DNA from: a virus
Lineage: Duplodnaviria; Caudoviricetes
Virus record (IMG/VR): IMGVR_UViG_2859895461_000003
Coordinates: 25,376 to 89,375 of that record
Strand: one strand, 5' to 3'
DNA length: 64,000 nucleotides
The notes under the pieces were generated by a model. That model was given only the letters and a program-made list of their open reading frames with translations, was not told the DNA's origin and did no database searches. The position numbers and the translations under genes are program-made. Below are positions 1 to 11,145 of the stretch, piece after piece; position 1 is the stretch's first letter; the number at the start of each line of letters is the position of its first letter.

Positions 1-657
1 TTACCTAGTTTAATTATATATATTGTTCCAGGATATATAACTATATGTATAATAAGTTTTATTATTCAAAGAAAACAATCAAGAGATAAAGTTGATTTTT
101 TTAATTATATAGTATGTAGTTATATTATTAAAGGCATTACTGAATTTGTTTTTAAAAAATGGATAAATGAAACAAATAGTATATTCATTATTGTCATTAT
201 ATCTATTGTTAGTGGAATAATTCTTGGTTTATTTATTAAGAGTGATAAGTTTAATAAAATTCTAAAATCTTCAAGAATAAATTTAACAATACATTCTAAT
301 ATATTTGATGATATTGATGATAAAAAATATGGAGAATTTATGCGAGTTCATTTAACAGACGAAGTTATATATGAAGGAAGAATGAGAAAATATGAACATG
401 CTAATAATTTTGACGATATTCATATTATGTTAAGTGAATATATAAAGTATAAAAATCAATGTGATGATAGTATAAAAGTAATAGATGATTTAAGTTCAGA
501 TAATACAGCATGGGTTGTTTTAAGGGCAAAGGATATAAAAGCCATTGAAGTTTTTTATGATGAAAGAAGTGAAAATACAGAAAAAATATCTGATCTGAAA
601 GATAAAGGAATAGAAGAACTACAAAATGCAGAAATAGAAGAGTCTAATAGAAATTAG
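1..657 (+). CDS. 5'-truncated membrane protein (DUF6338-like), prophage moron
   Basis: Frame 1 is open from base 1 (LPSLIIYIVPGYITI...) through the 340..657 ORF; three hydrophobic segments; start lies before the window. Confidence 0.6.
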   Translation, partial: LPSLIIYIVPGYITICIISFIIQRKQSRDKVDFFNYIVCSYIIKGITEFVFKKWINETNSIFIIVIISIVSGIILGLFIKSDKFNKILKSSRINLTIHSNIFDDIDDKKYGEFMRVHLTDEVIYEGRMRKYEHANNFDDIHIMLSEYIKYKNQCDDSIKVIDDLSSDNTAWVVLRAKDIKAIEVFYDERSENTEKISDLKDKGIEELQNAEIEESNRN

Positions 658-709
658 GCTCTTTTTTAATATACAAAACAAACAAAGCAACTAGCAACGA
701 GGTGGTGGT

Positions 710-1402
710 ATGGAGAATATAAGAGGACCAGATACTAAAGGCCAGGCTAAGAAAGACTATTTGCAAGGTATGAAATATAAAGATTTAGCTGAAAAATATA
801 AAGTTAGTTTAAATACAATTAAGTCCTGGGTAAAAAGATATAATTGGTCAGAAGAGAAAAAACAAAGGGGTGCACACAAAAATAAAAAGGGTGCACCTTT
901 AAATAATAAGAATGCAGTAGGTCATGGAGCTCCAGCAAAGAATAAGAATGCGGAGAAACATGGCTTTTTTAGTAAGTACTTACCGGATGAAACTTTAGAT
1001 ATTATTCAAGAGATAGAAACAAAAACTCCATTGGATATGCTTTGGGATCAAATGATGATACAGTATGCAGCGATAATAAGATCACAAAAGATTATGCATG
1101 TAACAGAGAAAGAAGAAATGATAAAGGAACTAAAAAAAGAGGAATATTCTAGCTTTGAAGGTGGGTACTCTGAGAAAAAAGAATATGAATTTCAGTTTGC
1201 TTGGGATAGACAGGCTATTTTTTTAAATGCACAGAGTAGAGCTATATCAGAGTTAAGAAGTTTAGTTAAAAACTATTTAGAATTAGAAGGATTAGATAAA
1301 GAAAAATCTAAAGCTGGTATTAAGGATTGGAAATCAGCTATTCAGGAGATTGCTAAACGTAGAGAAAAGAAACAACAATTTGGGGTGAATTCAAATGGAT
1401 GA
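710..1402 (+). CDS. terS: Phage terminase small subunit
   Basis: N-terminal HTH ([18 protein letters not shown]), GAPxxNKNA repeats, overlaps terL start. Confidence 0.9.
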   Translation: MENIRGPDTKGQAKKDYLQGMKYKDLAEKYKVSLNTIKSWVKRYNWSEEKKQRGAHKNKKGAPLNNKNAVGHGAPAKNKNAEKHGFFSKYLPDETLDIIQEIETKTPLDMLWDQMMIQYAAIIRSQKIMHVTEKEEMIKELKKEEYSSFEGGYSEKKEYEFQFAWDRQAIFLNAQSRAISELRSLVKNYLELEGLDKEKSKAGIKDWKSAIQEIAKRREKKQQFGVNSNG

Positions 1403-2852
1403 TTCTAATATATTTGTTGAGTTATTAGATATTTATTGGGATAATCCAGTTGCTTTTGCTGAAGATATGTTAGAGTTTTATCCTGACGAATGGCAATCCA
1501 AAGTAATGATGGATATAGCTAATAGTTCTAAAGTAAGTGTTCGTTCTGGACAAGGAGTAGGAAAGACAGGTCTTGAAGCTGCTATTATTATTTGGTTTTT
1601 ATGTTGTAGACCATTCCCTAAAGTAGTGGCAACAGCCCCAACAATGCAACAGTTGTATGATGTACTTTGGGCGGAGGTCGCTAAATGGCTTAACAAAAGC
1701 AAAGTTAAAGACTTTCTTAAATGGACCAAGACTAAAATATATATGATAGGCGAAGAAGAAAGATGGTTTGCTACTGCTAAAACGGCAACAAAGCCTGAAA
1801 ACATGCAAGGATTCCATGAAGATTATATGCTTTTTATAGTTGATGAAGCTTCTGGTGTTGCTGATCCTATTATGGAAGCTATACTTGGTACTTTATCAGG
1901 AGCAGAAAATAAACTCTTAATGTGTGGAAACCCAAATAAAACAAGCGGAGTTTTTTATGATAGTCATAATAGAGATAGATCCCATTATAAAACACATAAA
2001 GTTAGTAGTTTAGACAGCCCCAGAACTTCAAAAGAAAACATTGAAATGCTTAAGGAGAAATACCACGAGGATAGTGATGTTTATAGGGTAAGGGTTTTAG
2101 GTGAATTTCCTAAAGGCGAACTTGATACTTTTATATCTTTAGAATATGCCGAACTTGCTACTAAATTTATATTAGATCCAGTAGATGATATTCTTCATTT
2201 GGGTGTGGATATATCTAGATTTGGTGATGATGAAACTGTTATAGCTCCAAGAATAGGTGATAAAGTATTTAAACTTAATTGTTATAGTAAGCAAGATACA
2301 ATGACTACAGTAGGCTACATAATTACTACATTTAAAGACTATATGAAAAAATTTCCTTCATTAAAAAAGTGTAAAGCTAAAATAGATGATACTGGAGTAG
2401 GTGGAGGTGTAACAGATAGATTAAAAGAAGTAGTAAAGGAGCAAAAACTACCTATAGAAGTTATTCCAGTAAACAATGGTGCTGCTTCATATGATGAACA
2501 TTTTGAAAACTTAGGAGCATGTACTTGGGGAGAGGTTAAAGACATACTTGAAGAAAACTTCTCAGCTTATATGCGAGATGAGACACCTAAAATACAATTT
2601 CCAGAAGATGAAAAATTAATAAGCCAGCTATCTACAAGAAAATATAGAATTACAAGTAGAGGGAAAATAGCTTTAGAAAGCAAGAAAGATATGAAAGAAA
2701 GAGGATTAACTTCACCAGATAGAGCTGATGCAGTTGTATTAACATTCTATGATAGAACTGTTACTTATAACAAAGAAGTATACAACAAAGGTATAGGACT
2801 TAAGAATAATAGTCTTAAACAATATAAAAAGAAAGGAGGAAAAGTGTTTTAA
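1395..2852 (+). CDS. terL: Phage terminase large subunit
   Basis: Walker A SGQGVGKT, Walker B IVDEA, GNP motif, nuclease [10 protein letters not shown] and SPDRADA. Confidence 0.95.
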   Translation: MDDSNIFVELLDIYWDNPVAFAEDMLEFYPDEWQSKVMMDIANSSKVSVRSGQGVGKTGLEAAIIIWFLCCRPFPKVVATAPTMQQLYDVLWAEVAKWLNKSKVKDFLKWTKTKIYMIGEEERWFATAKTATKPENMQGFHEDYMLFIVDEASGVADPIMEAILGTLSGAENKLLMCGNPNKTSGVFYDSHNRDRSHYKTHKVSSLDSPRTSKENIEMLKEKYHEDSDVYRVRVLGEFPKGELDTFISLEYAELATKFILDPVDDILHLGVDISRFGDDETVIAPRIGDKVFKLNCYSKQDTMTTVGYIITTFKDYMKKFPSLKKCKAKIDDTGVGGGVTDRLKEVVKEQKLPIEVIPVNNGAASYDEHFENLGACTWGEVKDILEENFSAYMRDETPKIQFPEDEKLISQLSTRKYRITSRGKIALESKKDMKERGLTSPDRADAVVLTFYDRTVTYNKEVYNKGIGLKNNSLKQYKKKGGKVF

Positions 2853-4327
2853 TGGGAGATATAAAGCAAACCTTATTAAAGTTTACCAATGAACAAAAGA
2901 AGGAATTAGAAAAAATTAAGGCTAATTATTATTTTTATCATGGTGCAGTAACTGATAAAGATAAAGCTTTGTTAGATGAAATTCTATTAGGTCAAAGTTG
3001 GATAAATGCTGATGATTTGGATTACATTCCTTCACAAGTTATAGATAATAAAATAAAACCATTAATTCATAAGCAGGCGCGTTTCTTTTTAGGAAAAGAG
3101 CCTGTTTTATTATTTAAGCCAAGGGATAGTAAAGATAAGAGTACATGTGAAGAATTAAGAGTATTTATAGATGATATTCTTAATGGTAGCCAGTTTTGGA
3201 GTGAAACAATGAAAGCTTTTAGATTAGCAACCGTAACTAAAAGAGTACTTTTAAGAATGGAAGCCAATCCTGAAGAAAATATAAGATTATATTACCATGA
3301 TGTAAATGATTTTAATTATGAGCTAGATCCAAAAGACTCAAGAAAACTTTTATCAGTTACATTTGTTAGATTAAAAGAAAAAACAGATACTACTGAGCTA
3401 TGGAATAGATATACTTACAAAATGGGCAAGGGAAGTAAAAAAAGCTTAGAAGAAACATGTTTATTAACTATAGAAACATTTAACAATTTAGATTTAGAAA
3501 ATCCTATAGAAACAAAAACTATAGATACAAAATTAGCTAAGATACCTTGCTGGATAATGATTAATGAACAGGATTTAATGAACAAAAATGGTAAAAGTGA
3601 TATTACAGATTTAAAATCGCTACAAAATAGTTATAACCAAAGATTATCAGACTTTAATGATGCTCTAAGATTTCTGATGTTTGGACAAACGGCTGTAATA
3701 GATGCAACAGAGGAAACAGTGAATGCTTGTAGAATAGCTCCTAATGCATTGATGGCTTTAGTTAGTATAGATGGGAAACAAGCTTCAGCTCAAAGAGTTG
3801 AAAGTTCATTTAGTAATGCTGAACCAGTTAAAATGTTTCTTGATATTTTAGATAAAAGTATGCATGAAAAATTAAGTATACCTACTGATGATAGACTTAA
3901 GGAAGTACCTTCAGCAAAAACTATTAAGTATATTTACAATGATTTAATAGCAAGAAGTGAAGAAAAGTGGCATGATTGGGAACCGAATATCAGAAGTATG
4001 CTTAGATTATTAGTCGAGGCTTGTAGTAAATTTAAATGTTATGATAATTGGAATGAACAATGGAATAATTTATTGTTTTCTATAGTTTTAAATAAAAACT
4101 ACCCAATACCTGAAGATGAAGAGGACAAAAAGAGATTAGCAATAGAAGAAGTTAATTCTAATGTAAGAAGTCATAGAAGTTATATTAAGGATTTTAGTGA
4201 TAATGAGGATTATAAAGAACACTTTGATGAAGTTATAGAAGATATAACAACAATCAATGCAGCAGAACAGGATCAATTTCAAACTGGTGTAAATGAGGAT
4301 TTAAATAATTCTGATGGTGATTCATAA
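2852..4327 (+). CDS. Phage portal protein (SPP1-like)
   Basis: 491 aa directly after terL, acidic tail. Confidence 0.85.
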   Translation: MGDIKQTLLKFTNEQKKELEKIKANYYFYHGAVTDKDKALLDEILLGQSWINADDLDYIPSQVIDNKIKPLIHKQARFFLGKEPVLLFKPRDSKDKSTCEELRVFIDDILNGSQFWSETMKAFRLATVTKRVLLRMEANPEENIRLYYHDVNDFNYELDPKDSRKLLSVTFVRLKEKTDTTELWNRYTYKMGKGSKKSLEETCLLTIETFNNLDLENPIETKTIDTKLAKIPCWIMINEQDLMNKNGKSDITDLKSLQNSYNQRLSDFNDALRFLMFGQTAVIDATEETVNACRIAPNALMALVSIDGKQASAQRVESSFSNAEPVKMFLDILDKSMHEKLSIPTDDRLKEVPSAKTIKYIYNDLIARSEEKWHDWEPNIRSMLRLLVEACSKFKCYDNWNEQWNNLLFSIVLNKNYPIPEDEEDKKRLAIEEVNSNVRSHRSYIKDFSDNEDYKEHFDEVIEDITTINAAEQDQFQTGVNEDLNNSDGDS

Positions 4328-6039
4328 TGAATGAATACCAAAGAAGGGTTTTAGAAGGAAGAAAGGAATTTTTAAAATTAGTTCAAAGACAAGAAAAAGA
4401 GTTATTAGCAATATATGAAGAAGCTAGTAAACAAATATCTTATAAATTGGCTAAAGCTAAATCAGGAGGAATAACTGCTAGATATTTAAGTGAGTTAGAT
4501 AACTCTATTACTAAATATGTACTAGAATTAAGAAATAATTTAAGTAAATCTATAAAAACAAGTATAGAATCAAGTTCAGAGATAGCAAGTTCAGTACAGG
4601 CAAGTTATTTTGATAGAATAATTCCTAAAGAAGATATAAAATCTACTTTTAATAAGATGTTTACTGAGTTACCTTCTAATATTACTAAACAGCTTATAAG
4701 CGGTAATTATTATTCAGATGGCAAAACATTAGATCAAAGGCTTTGGAATATAACAGATAAAAATGCCAAAGATATTGATACCCTTATAAAAGTTAATGCA
4801 GCCAAAGGTGCTAATGCTAGAGAATTAGCTAAAGAACTAGATAAATATATTAATCCATATAAAAGAGTTGAAGCTAAAACTTTAGAAGCTGAGATAAGTA
4901 AAAATATTTCATATCAAGCACAAAGATTATCTAGAACAGCCTTAGCCCATGCTAATACCGAAACATATATTAAAGGTTCAAAAATGAATCCTTTTTGTAG
5001 AGGATTAAAGTGGAATTTAAGTCCAAGTCATTTTACTAGAATAAATGGTAAGACTGATATATGCGATACTTATGCTACTCAAGATATATATGACTTAGGA
5101 GCAGGTATTTACCCATCAGATAAGTTGCCTATTGGACATCCTAATTGTTTATGCTATCCTACTCAAGAAGTTGCTGATATAAACAAAGCTAGAGATGAAC
5201 TTATAGATTGGATAAATGGAGGAAGTAATCCTAAATTAGATAAATGGTTAGAAAATTATGGTCAAGAGTTTGGAATTGTTAAAAATGATTATATAAAATC
5301 ATATAATGTTAAATTAGAAAATAAGTTCTCTAATACAATTAAAAGTGTATCTAAGCAACTAAACATAAATGAATTTACGAATGAAATAAATCAATACTAT
5401 AAAAATGGTAATAAAGAAGTATTAATGCTACATGAAAAACAAATGAAGAAATTAAAATATTCAGAGGGTGATAGTTCTTATCATATTTTTGGTGGAATAT
5501 CTTTGGTAAGACCAAATAAAACGATAGCTAAAAGAAATGAGCTAGGGAATAGATATATCAGAACATTATTTCATGAAACCGGTCATGGTGAAGATTTTAT
5601 TTTCTTTGCAGATTCAGTAGGAGATTTTGATAAATACATGCAAAAAAGTTTACCAATGAGTTCTAGTTACTACTATATGAAGGATGCAACTAAAAAAGAT
5701 AAAAAAGTGTTAACTAAATTACTAAATAATGAAGAATGCAAGGATTTAAAAAGATATATCATGGAAAATAGAGAAATGAATGAAGCATTATCAGATATAT
5801 GTGTTGCAGTTACAAATGGAAGCTTAACTGGAGCAGGAGGACATACTGCCAAGTACTATAAAAGCAAGGGTAAAGTACAAGAAGAAACATTTGCAAATCT
5901 AACTACAATATATACAAAGGGGGATAAAGAAACTATAGAATTAATAGAAAAGTATTTTCCTAATGTGAATGAAGCATATTTTAACCTTATTCAAGATATG
6001 CTTAAAGAAAATTTTAGTAAACTTAAATCTAAATTATAA
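4327..6039 (+). CDS. MuF-type minor head protein with C-terminal HExxH zincin-like domain
   Basis: RLSRT and HPNCLC MuF motifs, then ~280-aa extension with FHETGH and EETFAN. Confidence 0.75.
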   Translation: MNEYQRRVLEGRKEFLKLVQRQEKELLAIYEEASKQISYKLAKAKSGGITARYLSELDNSITKYVLELRNNLSKSIKTSIESSSEIASSVQASYFDRIIPKEDIKSTFNKMFTELPSNITKQLISGNYYSDGKTLDQRLWNITDKNAKDIDTLIKVNAAKGANARELAKELDKYINPYKRVEAKTLEAEISKNISYQAQRLSRTALAHANTETYIKGSKMNPFCRGLKWNLSPSHFTRINGKTDICDTYATQDIYDLGAGIYPSDKLPIGHPNCLCYPTQEVADINKARDELIDWINGGSNPKLDKWLENYGQEFGIVKNDYIKSYNVKLENKFSNTIKSVSKQLNINEFTNEINQYYKNGNKEVLMLHEKQMKKLKYSEGDSSYHIFGGISLVRPNKTIAKRNELGNRYIRTLFHETGHGEDFIFFADSVGDFDKYMQKSLPMSSSYYYMKDATKKDKKVLTKLLNNEECKDLKRYIMENREMNEALSDICVAVTNGSLTGAGGHTAKYYKSKGKVQEETFANLTTIYTKGDKETIELIEKYFPNVNEAYFNLIQDMLKENFSKLKSKL

Positions 6040-6044
6040 AGGAA

Positions 6045-6353
6045 GTGAAATCAGTGAAAGTAATATGTGATAACTGTAAAAGAGAATTTGAAATGTCACA
6101 AGACAAACTTAAAGAGAAATACTTAGGAGCAATGTATACAGAAGTATATTATGAATGTCCTCATTGTAATAAAAAACACTTAGTATGTGTTATGAATGGT
6201 AAGTGCAGAAGATTAAAAAGACAAATGGAATTAAGGATCTTGAAGAAATTTAAAGAAACTAATGACGCAAGTACTGTAGTAGCTGATACAGATATAGATA
6301 ATATTCAGAAGAAATTTAAAAAAGAAATGGATAAGATAAACGGTAAGGCGTAA
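6045..6353 (+). CDS. Small zinc-ribbon protein
   Basis: CDNC and CPHC pairs; GTG start. Confidence 0.6.
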   Translation: MKSVKVICDNCKREFEMSQDKLKEKYLGAMYTEVYYECPHCNKKHLVCVMNGKCRRLKRQMELRILKKFKETNDASTVVADTDIDNIQKKFKKEMDKINGKA

Positions 6354-6391
6354 GAATACGTCTTTTTATTTTGTGAAAAATTAAAGAGGGG

Positions 6392-7018
6392 ATGATAGAA
6401 ATGCCAAGACTAAGTGAAATATTAGGAGAAAGTTTTAAACAAATCCCAGAGGATATTCAAAAAAAATACAAAGACATTGATTTCGTTGACAGTTCTAACT
6501 ATATAGAGAAAAAAGAATTGGTTACTGCAAATAACTCTATTAAGGAGTATAAAAAACAGCTAAAGGAAAGAGATACTCAATTAACTGATCTTCAAGGTAA
6601 GATTAAAGATAATGAAACTTTGACAAAAGAGATTGAGGACCTTAAGGAAAAAAATAAAGATACATCAAAAGAATATGAGGATAAGTTGAATAAGTTAAAT
6701 TTTGATACTAAGTTTGAAAAAGCTATAGCAGAATATAAAGCTAAGAATCCTAAAGCATTAAGAGCTCTTTTGGACATGGATAAAGTAAAACTTGTTGATG
6801 ATACTTTCATAGGACTAGAGGAACAGGTAAAGTCTCTAAAAGAGAGTGATGCTTATTTATTTGAAATAGAAACTCCAGGAGGTACTGGAAATATAGGAGG
6901 GGATTCATCTTCTATAGTTGATACTGATGAAGGAAAGTTAAGTTTAGGTGCTCGCTTAGCTAAGGAAAAAACAGAAGCTACAAAAGTAACAGAAGCACAA
7001 AATAAATTTTTTTCATAG
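6392..7018 (+). CDS. Capsid scaffolding protein
   Basis: Coiled-coil, AKNPKALRALLD and YLF motifs, position before capsid genes. Confidence 0.85.
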   Translation: MIEMPRLSEILGESFKQIPEDIQKKYKDIDFVDSSNYIEKKELVTANNSIKEYKKQLKERDTQLTDLQGKIKDNETLTKEIEDLKEKNKDTSKEYEDKLNKLNFDTKFEKAIAEYKAKNPKALRALLDMDKVKLVDDTFIGLEEQVKSLKESDAYLFEIETPGGTGNIGGDSSSIVDTDEGKLSLGARLAKEKTEATKVTEAQNKFFS

Positions 7019-7031
7019 GAGGTAAAAAGAT

Positions 7032-7388
7032 ATGAGTATTGAAAGAAGTCAGTCCTACATGGGCGAAAACAAAACAATATTACAATTCGCAGGAGAATTA
7101 TTTCAAAATGCAATGGTAAAGGTTAAAAAAGCTGATGTGAAAGAAGCAGATGGTAAAAGAATACTTAAGGCAGGTACAGTAATAAGTAAAGATGGCAAAA
7201 TAGTTGATGGATCTACAGTTACAAATGATAAGGCCTTTGGGTTAGTTTATAGGGATGTAAATTTAACATATTCACATGGTACTGAGACTGTTCCAGTAAC
7301 TATTTTTGGATTTATAAAAGAATCAACATTACCTGAAATTGTTTCATCAGAAGCTAAAACAGCTATGAAGATGCTTATGTTTTTATAA
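7032..7388 (+). CDS. Head decoration protein
   Basis: 118 aa between scaffold and major capsid; ILKAGT motif. Confidence 0.7.
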   Translation: MSIERSQSYMGENKTILQFAGELFQNAMVKVKKADVKEADGKRILKAGTVISKDGKIVDGSTVTNDKAFGLVYRDVNLTYSHGTETVPVTIFGFIKESTLPEIVSSEAKTAMKMLMFL

Positions 7389-7408
7389 TTAGAAGGAGGA
7401 ATGAGTAA

Positions 7409-8443
7409 ATGGATTGGAGAGATATTATAAACGTAAAAGAAATAGCAACTTATATTAAAGAGCTTGCACCAGAAGTAGTAATAGGTGAGGCTCTTTTCCC
7501 TAGAAAAAAACAATTAGGGATGGAATTAAAATATATTAAAGGTGCAAAGAAAAAGCCAGTTGTATTAAAACAATCTGCTTTTGATGTAGCAGTAAAAATT
7601 AGAGCATTAAAAGCACAAGTAGATGAAGTTACTAAACAAATGCCATTTTTTAAAGAATCAGTGCTTGTTAATGAAAAAGATAGACAAGACTTATTACTAG
7701 CTACACAGGCTCAAAACAAAAATGTCATTGATATGATAATAACAAAAATATTTGATAACTATAAGGATCTAGTTGACGGTGGAGATATACAGATGGAAAG
7801 AATGAGAATGCAATTACTTTCTGATGCAGGAGTAATTTCTATTGTTTCCGAGGATGGAGATGTTGTATTTGATTTTGGTGTTTCTGAAAAACATAAAGAA
7901 GTATTAGCTGGTACTGCTAAATGGTCAGATACTATTAATTCAAATCCTGTTTTAGACATGATTAGATGGACTAGATTAATGAAAAACGAAGGTTATATTG
8001 TAGATAGGGCAGTATTAGATGCAACTACATTTGGATGGATTACAGCTAATAAAAATATAGTTAAATCAGGATGGCCACAAAATCCAAATTATTTAGCTTC
8101 AGATGATGAAATCAAGGAATATATTAAAAAGAAAACAGGTGTAACATTAGCAGTAGTAAGTGGTTCTTATAAATTAGAAGATGGATTAGAAGAGCCTTAT
8201 TTTCCAAGTGGCAAATTTACATTAATACCTACAGGAACATTAGGAGCAACCTATTATGGTACAACTCCAGAAGAAGCTGATAAGATGTTCTCACAAGGTT
8301 CTAATGTAGAAATAGTAAGAACAGGTGTAGCAATTATGACAATGAAAAAAGATGATCCTGTAACAGTTCAAACAAAGGTGTCTCAATTAGGTATGCCTTC
8401 ATTTGAAAGAGCTGACGAATGTTTCTTTGCTACAGTTAACTAA
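7409..8443 (+). CDS. Major capsid protein (capsid E family)
   Basis: 344 aa, MPFFKES and GATYYGTTPEE motifs, followed by terminator. Confidence 0.9.
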   Translation: MDWRDIINVKEIATYIKELAPEVVIGEALFPRKKQLGMELKYIKGAKKKPVVLKQSAFDVAVKIRALKAQVDEVTKQMPFFKESVLVNEKDRQDLLLATQAQNKNVIDMIITKIFDNYKDLVDGGDIQMERMRMQLLSDAGVISIVSEDGDVVFDFGVSEKHKEVLAGTAKWSDTINSNPVLDMIRWTRLMKNEGYIVDRAVLDATTFGWITANKNIVKSGWPQNPNYLASDDEIKEYIKKKTGVTLAVVSGSYKLEDGLEEPYFPSGKFTLIPTGTLGATYYGTTPEEADKMFSQGSNVEIVRTGVAIMTMKKDDPVTVQTKVSQLGMPSFERADECFFATVN

Positions 8444-8468
8444 GGGTGGCTATTTTAGCCACTCTTTT
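8443..8468 (+). terminator. Rho-independent terminator after capsid gene
   Basis: AGGGTGGCTA-TTT-TAGCCACTCT then T-run. Confidence 0.75.
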
Positions 8469-8486
8469 AGATTTTAAACAGAAAGG

Positions 8487-8696
8487 ATGATTAATATGGC
8501 AAATAAAAGAACAGTAAAAGCTAAAGCTTTAGTAAACTTAAAATATGATAAAGGTTGTTTTAAGATAGGTAATGAATTAAAAGTTAGAATAGAAGATGCA
8601 TTAGATATGGTTGAAAAAGAACATATTGAACTTTTAGAAGAATTACCAGAGGAAAATGAAGAAGAAATAGGAGAATCAGCTAAGGAAGGTGAATAA
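8487..8696 (+). CDS. Small phage hypothetical protein
   Basis: ORF with RBS after capsid gene. Confidence 0.6.
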   Translation: MINMANKRTVKAKALVNLKYDKGCFKIGNELKVRIEDALDMVEKEHIELLEELPEENEEEIGESAKEGE

Positions 8697-8698
8697 GT

Positions 8699-8980
8699 AT
8701 GGATACATCTTTAAATATTTTAAAGTTTAATCTCCAAGAAAGGCAATTCCCTTACTTCTCAGATGAAGAACTTGAAATGTTATTAAAAAATAATAATAGT
8801 GATATTAAAAAGGCTAGCTACCAAGGCTGTATTATGAAAGCTCAGGCTGATGATGGAATTAATCTAGGGCCATTGAAGACAGAATCTAATAGGAGTTACT
8901 GGCTCACTCTAGCGAATAGCTTTAAAACTAAAGAAGCATACAACTATAATACATCACTGAAAAGAGTTGATGGTCAATGA
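8699..8980 (+). CDS. Head-tail connector/adaptor
   Basis: YFSDEEL motif, position. Confidence 0.65.
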   Translation: MDTSLNILKFNLQERQFPYFSDEELEMLLKNNNSDIKKASYQGCIMKAQADDGINLGPLKTESNRSYWLTLANSFKTKEAYNYNTSLKRVDGQ

Positions 8981-9342
8981 ATGAAGAAAGGATAAAATTG
9001 AAAGCTAAGAGGAGTATAGCTAAAAATCCAACACATATAATTCTTATGAGAAATGTAAAAATAAGCAATGGTATGAGAGGTGGCAGAGAAAAACCAGATA
9101 AAGTAGCTAAGCTAGACATATTTCTTGATGATACCAAACATAATTTGATTTTAGATAATGTAAAAGAAGCTGGAATTGCTAAAAGAACTAGAGGTATCTC
9201 AATGTTTGCAGTAACTGAAGGTATAGAAATAAAAGAGGGAGATCACTTTGAAGCTAACGGTTATAAATATAGAGTAACTTATCCAGGAATGATTATTAAG
9301 GATGTCTATAATAGCGATTTGGAAGTGATTAAGAATGGCTGA
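8977..9342 (+). CDS. Head closure/stopper protein
   Basis: Position and size; IKEGDHFEANGYKYRV beta motif. Confidence 0.6.
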   Translation: MNEERIKLKAKRSIAKNPTHIILMRNVKISNGMRGGREKPDKVAKLDIFLDDTKHNLILDNVKEAGIAKRTRGISMFAVTEGIEIKEGDHFEANGYKYRVTYPGMIIKDVYNSDLEVIKNG

Positions 9343-9709
9343 TGGTTGTAAACTAGAAATGCATGGATTAGACGAAGCTATGGAAAAGTTAAAGGAATTT
9401 ACTCCAAAGCTTAAAGCAGCTCTTGTACTAGATGCTCAAAATATAGCAATGAATATGGAAAAATGGGCTAAAGAAAATGTAGTATGGACAGACAGAACAG
9501 CTCATGCAAGGTTATTTTTAACAGCCACTGTAAAATGGACAAATACCAATGTATTAATGGTTGCATTAAGCCATCAAGTAGATTATGGAGTCTATCTTGA
9601 ATTATGCAATGAAGGTAAATATGCAATACTTGAAAGAGCTATACAAGAGTTTGCTCCACAATTCATGGAAGGTTGGAAGAAAATAATCCAATCAGCAGGA
9701 GTGATTTAA
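9335..9709 (+). CDS. HK97 gp10-like neck protein
   Basis: WTDRTAHAR and VDYGVYLE motifs. Confidence 0.75.
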   Translation: MADGCKLEMHGLDEAMEKLKEFTPKLKAALVLDAQNIAMNMEKWAKENVVWTDRTAHARLFLTATVKWTNTNVLMVALSHQVDYGVYLELCNEGKYAILERAIQEFAPQFMEGWKKIIQSAGVI

Positions 9710-10047
9710 TGACAAGAAAAGAAATGTTTGATTTAATAGATCCTTTATATCCTTGTTATGCAATAGGTGAACATGAGGGAGAATGTATAGAGCCTTATAT
9801 AGTTCTAAAATTTGAAAATCAATTAGGAAGCATGAATAACAGTCAATGTGGTTGGCAGTTTGTTCATGTTTTTTTATACGCTCCTTTAGGAGATATAACT
9901 GTACTTGATGAAATGTTAAATAAGGCCCAGAAACCCTTAAATGAAAAATTAGAATTTACAGGTGATATTACACCAGAGCTTATAGAAAATGAAAAGAAAG
10001 CTTATTTTAGAAGATTAAAATATAAAATACCGAAGGAGGTAATTTAA
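9709..10047 (+). CDS. Tail terminator protein
   Basis: Position before tail tube; start reassigned to ATG 9709 after AGGAG RBS. Confidence 0.6.
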   Translation: MTRKEMFDLIDPLYPCYAIGEHEGECIEPYIVLKFENQLGSMNNSQCGWQFVHVFLYAPLGDITVLDEMLNKAQKPLNEKLEFTGDITPELIENEKKAYFRRLKYKIPKEVI

Positions 10048-10673
10048 TGAGTACAACAGGAGAAATTTTATATAATGTTAAGAAAGTTATTTTGACACCA
10101 ATAAATGAATTTACGGGATTACCATTGAATGGAGGTAATCCAATTAATATTCAATGTGATAGTGAAATAGAAACAGATCCTGAAATATCACAAGGACAGG
10201 AAAAACAACTAAGGGATGATCAAAAGATATTAGCTACAGCTAGCACTCCGGATTTGCTATATGGATATAAATTGAAAATGAAGAATACAACATTTGAATT
10301 AACAGTAGCAGCATTAATTGAAGGTGGAACAATTCGTTATGATAAAGATGACCCTACTAAAATTGTGGGATATGATACACCAATGCTTAGTGAAGGTTCT
10401 AAAATAAAACCATTTAAAGCCGATATATTCGTGGCAAATTATGAAGGCGAAGATATTAAGAATTATGCTAAAGTAACGTTTAATAAATGTACTGGAAAAG
10501 CATTTAAAATGGGATTCAAAAAAGATTTCTTTTCACCAGAGTTTGAAGTTAAATGTAGAGAAAATACTAAAGCTAAATTACCTATAAAGTCTATAGAATT
10601 TGTTGATTCATTACCACAAGACACAGAAGAGGGTAAAAAAGAATCCAATATTACAGATAATCAAGAACCTTAA
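10047..10673 (+). CDS. Major tail tube protein
   Basis: 208 aa in canonical position, terminator follows. Confidence 0.75.
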   Translation: MSTTGEILYNVKKVILTPINEFTGLPLNGGNPINIQCDSEIETDPEISQGQEKQLRDDQKILATASTPDLLYGYKLKMKNTTFELTVAALIEGGTIRYDKDDPTKIVGYDTPMLSEGSKIKPFKADIFVANYEGEDIKNYAKVTFNKCTGKAFKMGFKKDFFSPEFEVKCRENTKAKLPIKSIEFVDSLPQDTEEGKKESNITDNQEP

Positions 10674-10728
10674 AATCGAGAGCTATAGTAGGCTCTCTTT
10701 TTAAATTAAAATTTTAGGAGGAATTAGT

Positions 10729-11145
10729 ATGGCAGTAACAAATATAGAGGAATTAAAGGCCAAAAAATATATAGAAGTAGAATTACCTGGATGGGATGTA
10801 GAAGATACATTTACAGTTAAATTACAAAGAGTTAATTTATTAGATTTAGCAGCTAAAGGTAAGATACCTAATCCACTTATGGGGCCTGTAATAGATCTAT
10901 TTCAAGGTAAAGGACCAGGAGGAAAAGATGAAGATAGTTTAAAAACTGTTAATGAACTTGCTGAACTATTTTGTGAAACAACAATGGTTGAGCCAACATT
11001 TAAAGAAGTTCAAGAAGCTATAGGAATGACAGATGAGCAGAAAATAATAATATATAATTTTGTAGTACACGGGGTAAGAACTTTGGAACCATTTCGTAAA
11101 AAGCCAGAAAATGATAAGTTTAATGACAATGGTAAAGATGTATAA
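10729..11145 (+). CDS. Tail assembly chaperone (G)
   Basis: Between tail tube and TMP; has EPFR near the C-terminus. Confidence 0.75.
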   Translation: MAVTNIEELKAKKYIEVELPGWDVEDTFTVKLQRVNLLDLAAKGKIPNPLMGPVIDLFQGKGPGGKDEDSLKTVNELAELFCETTMVEPTFKEVQEAIGMTDEQKIIIYNFVVHGVRTLEPFRKKPENDKFNDNGKDV

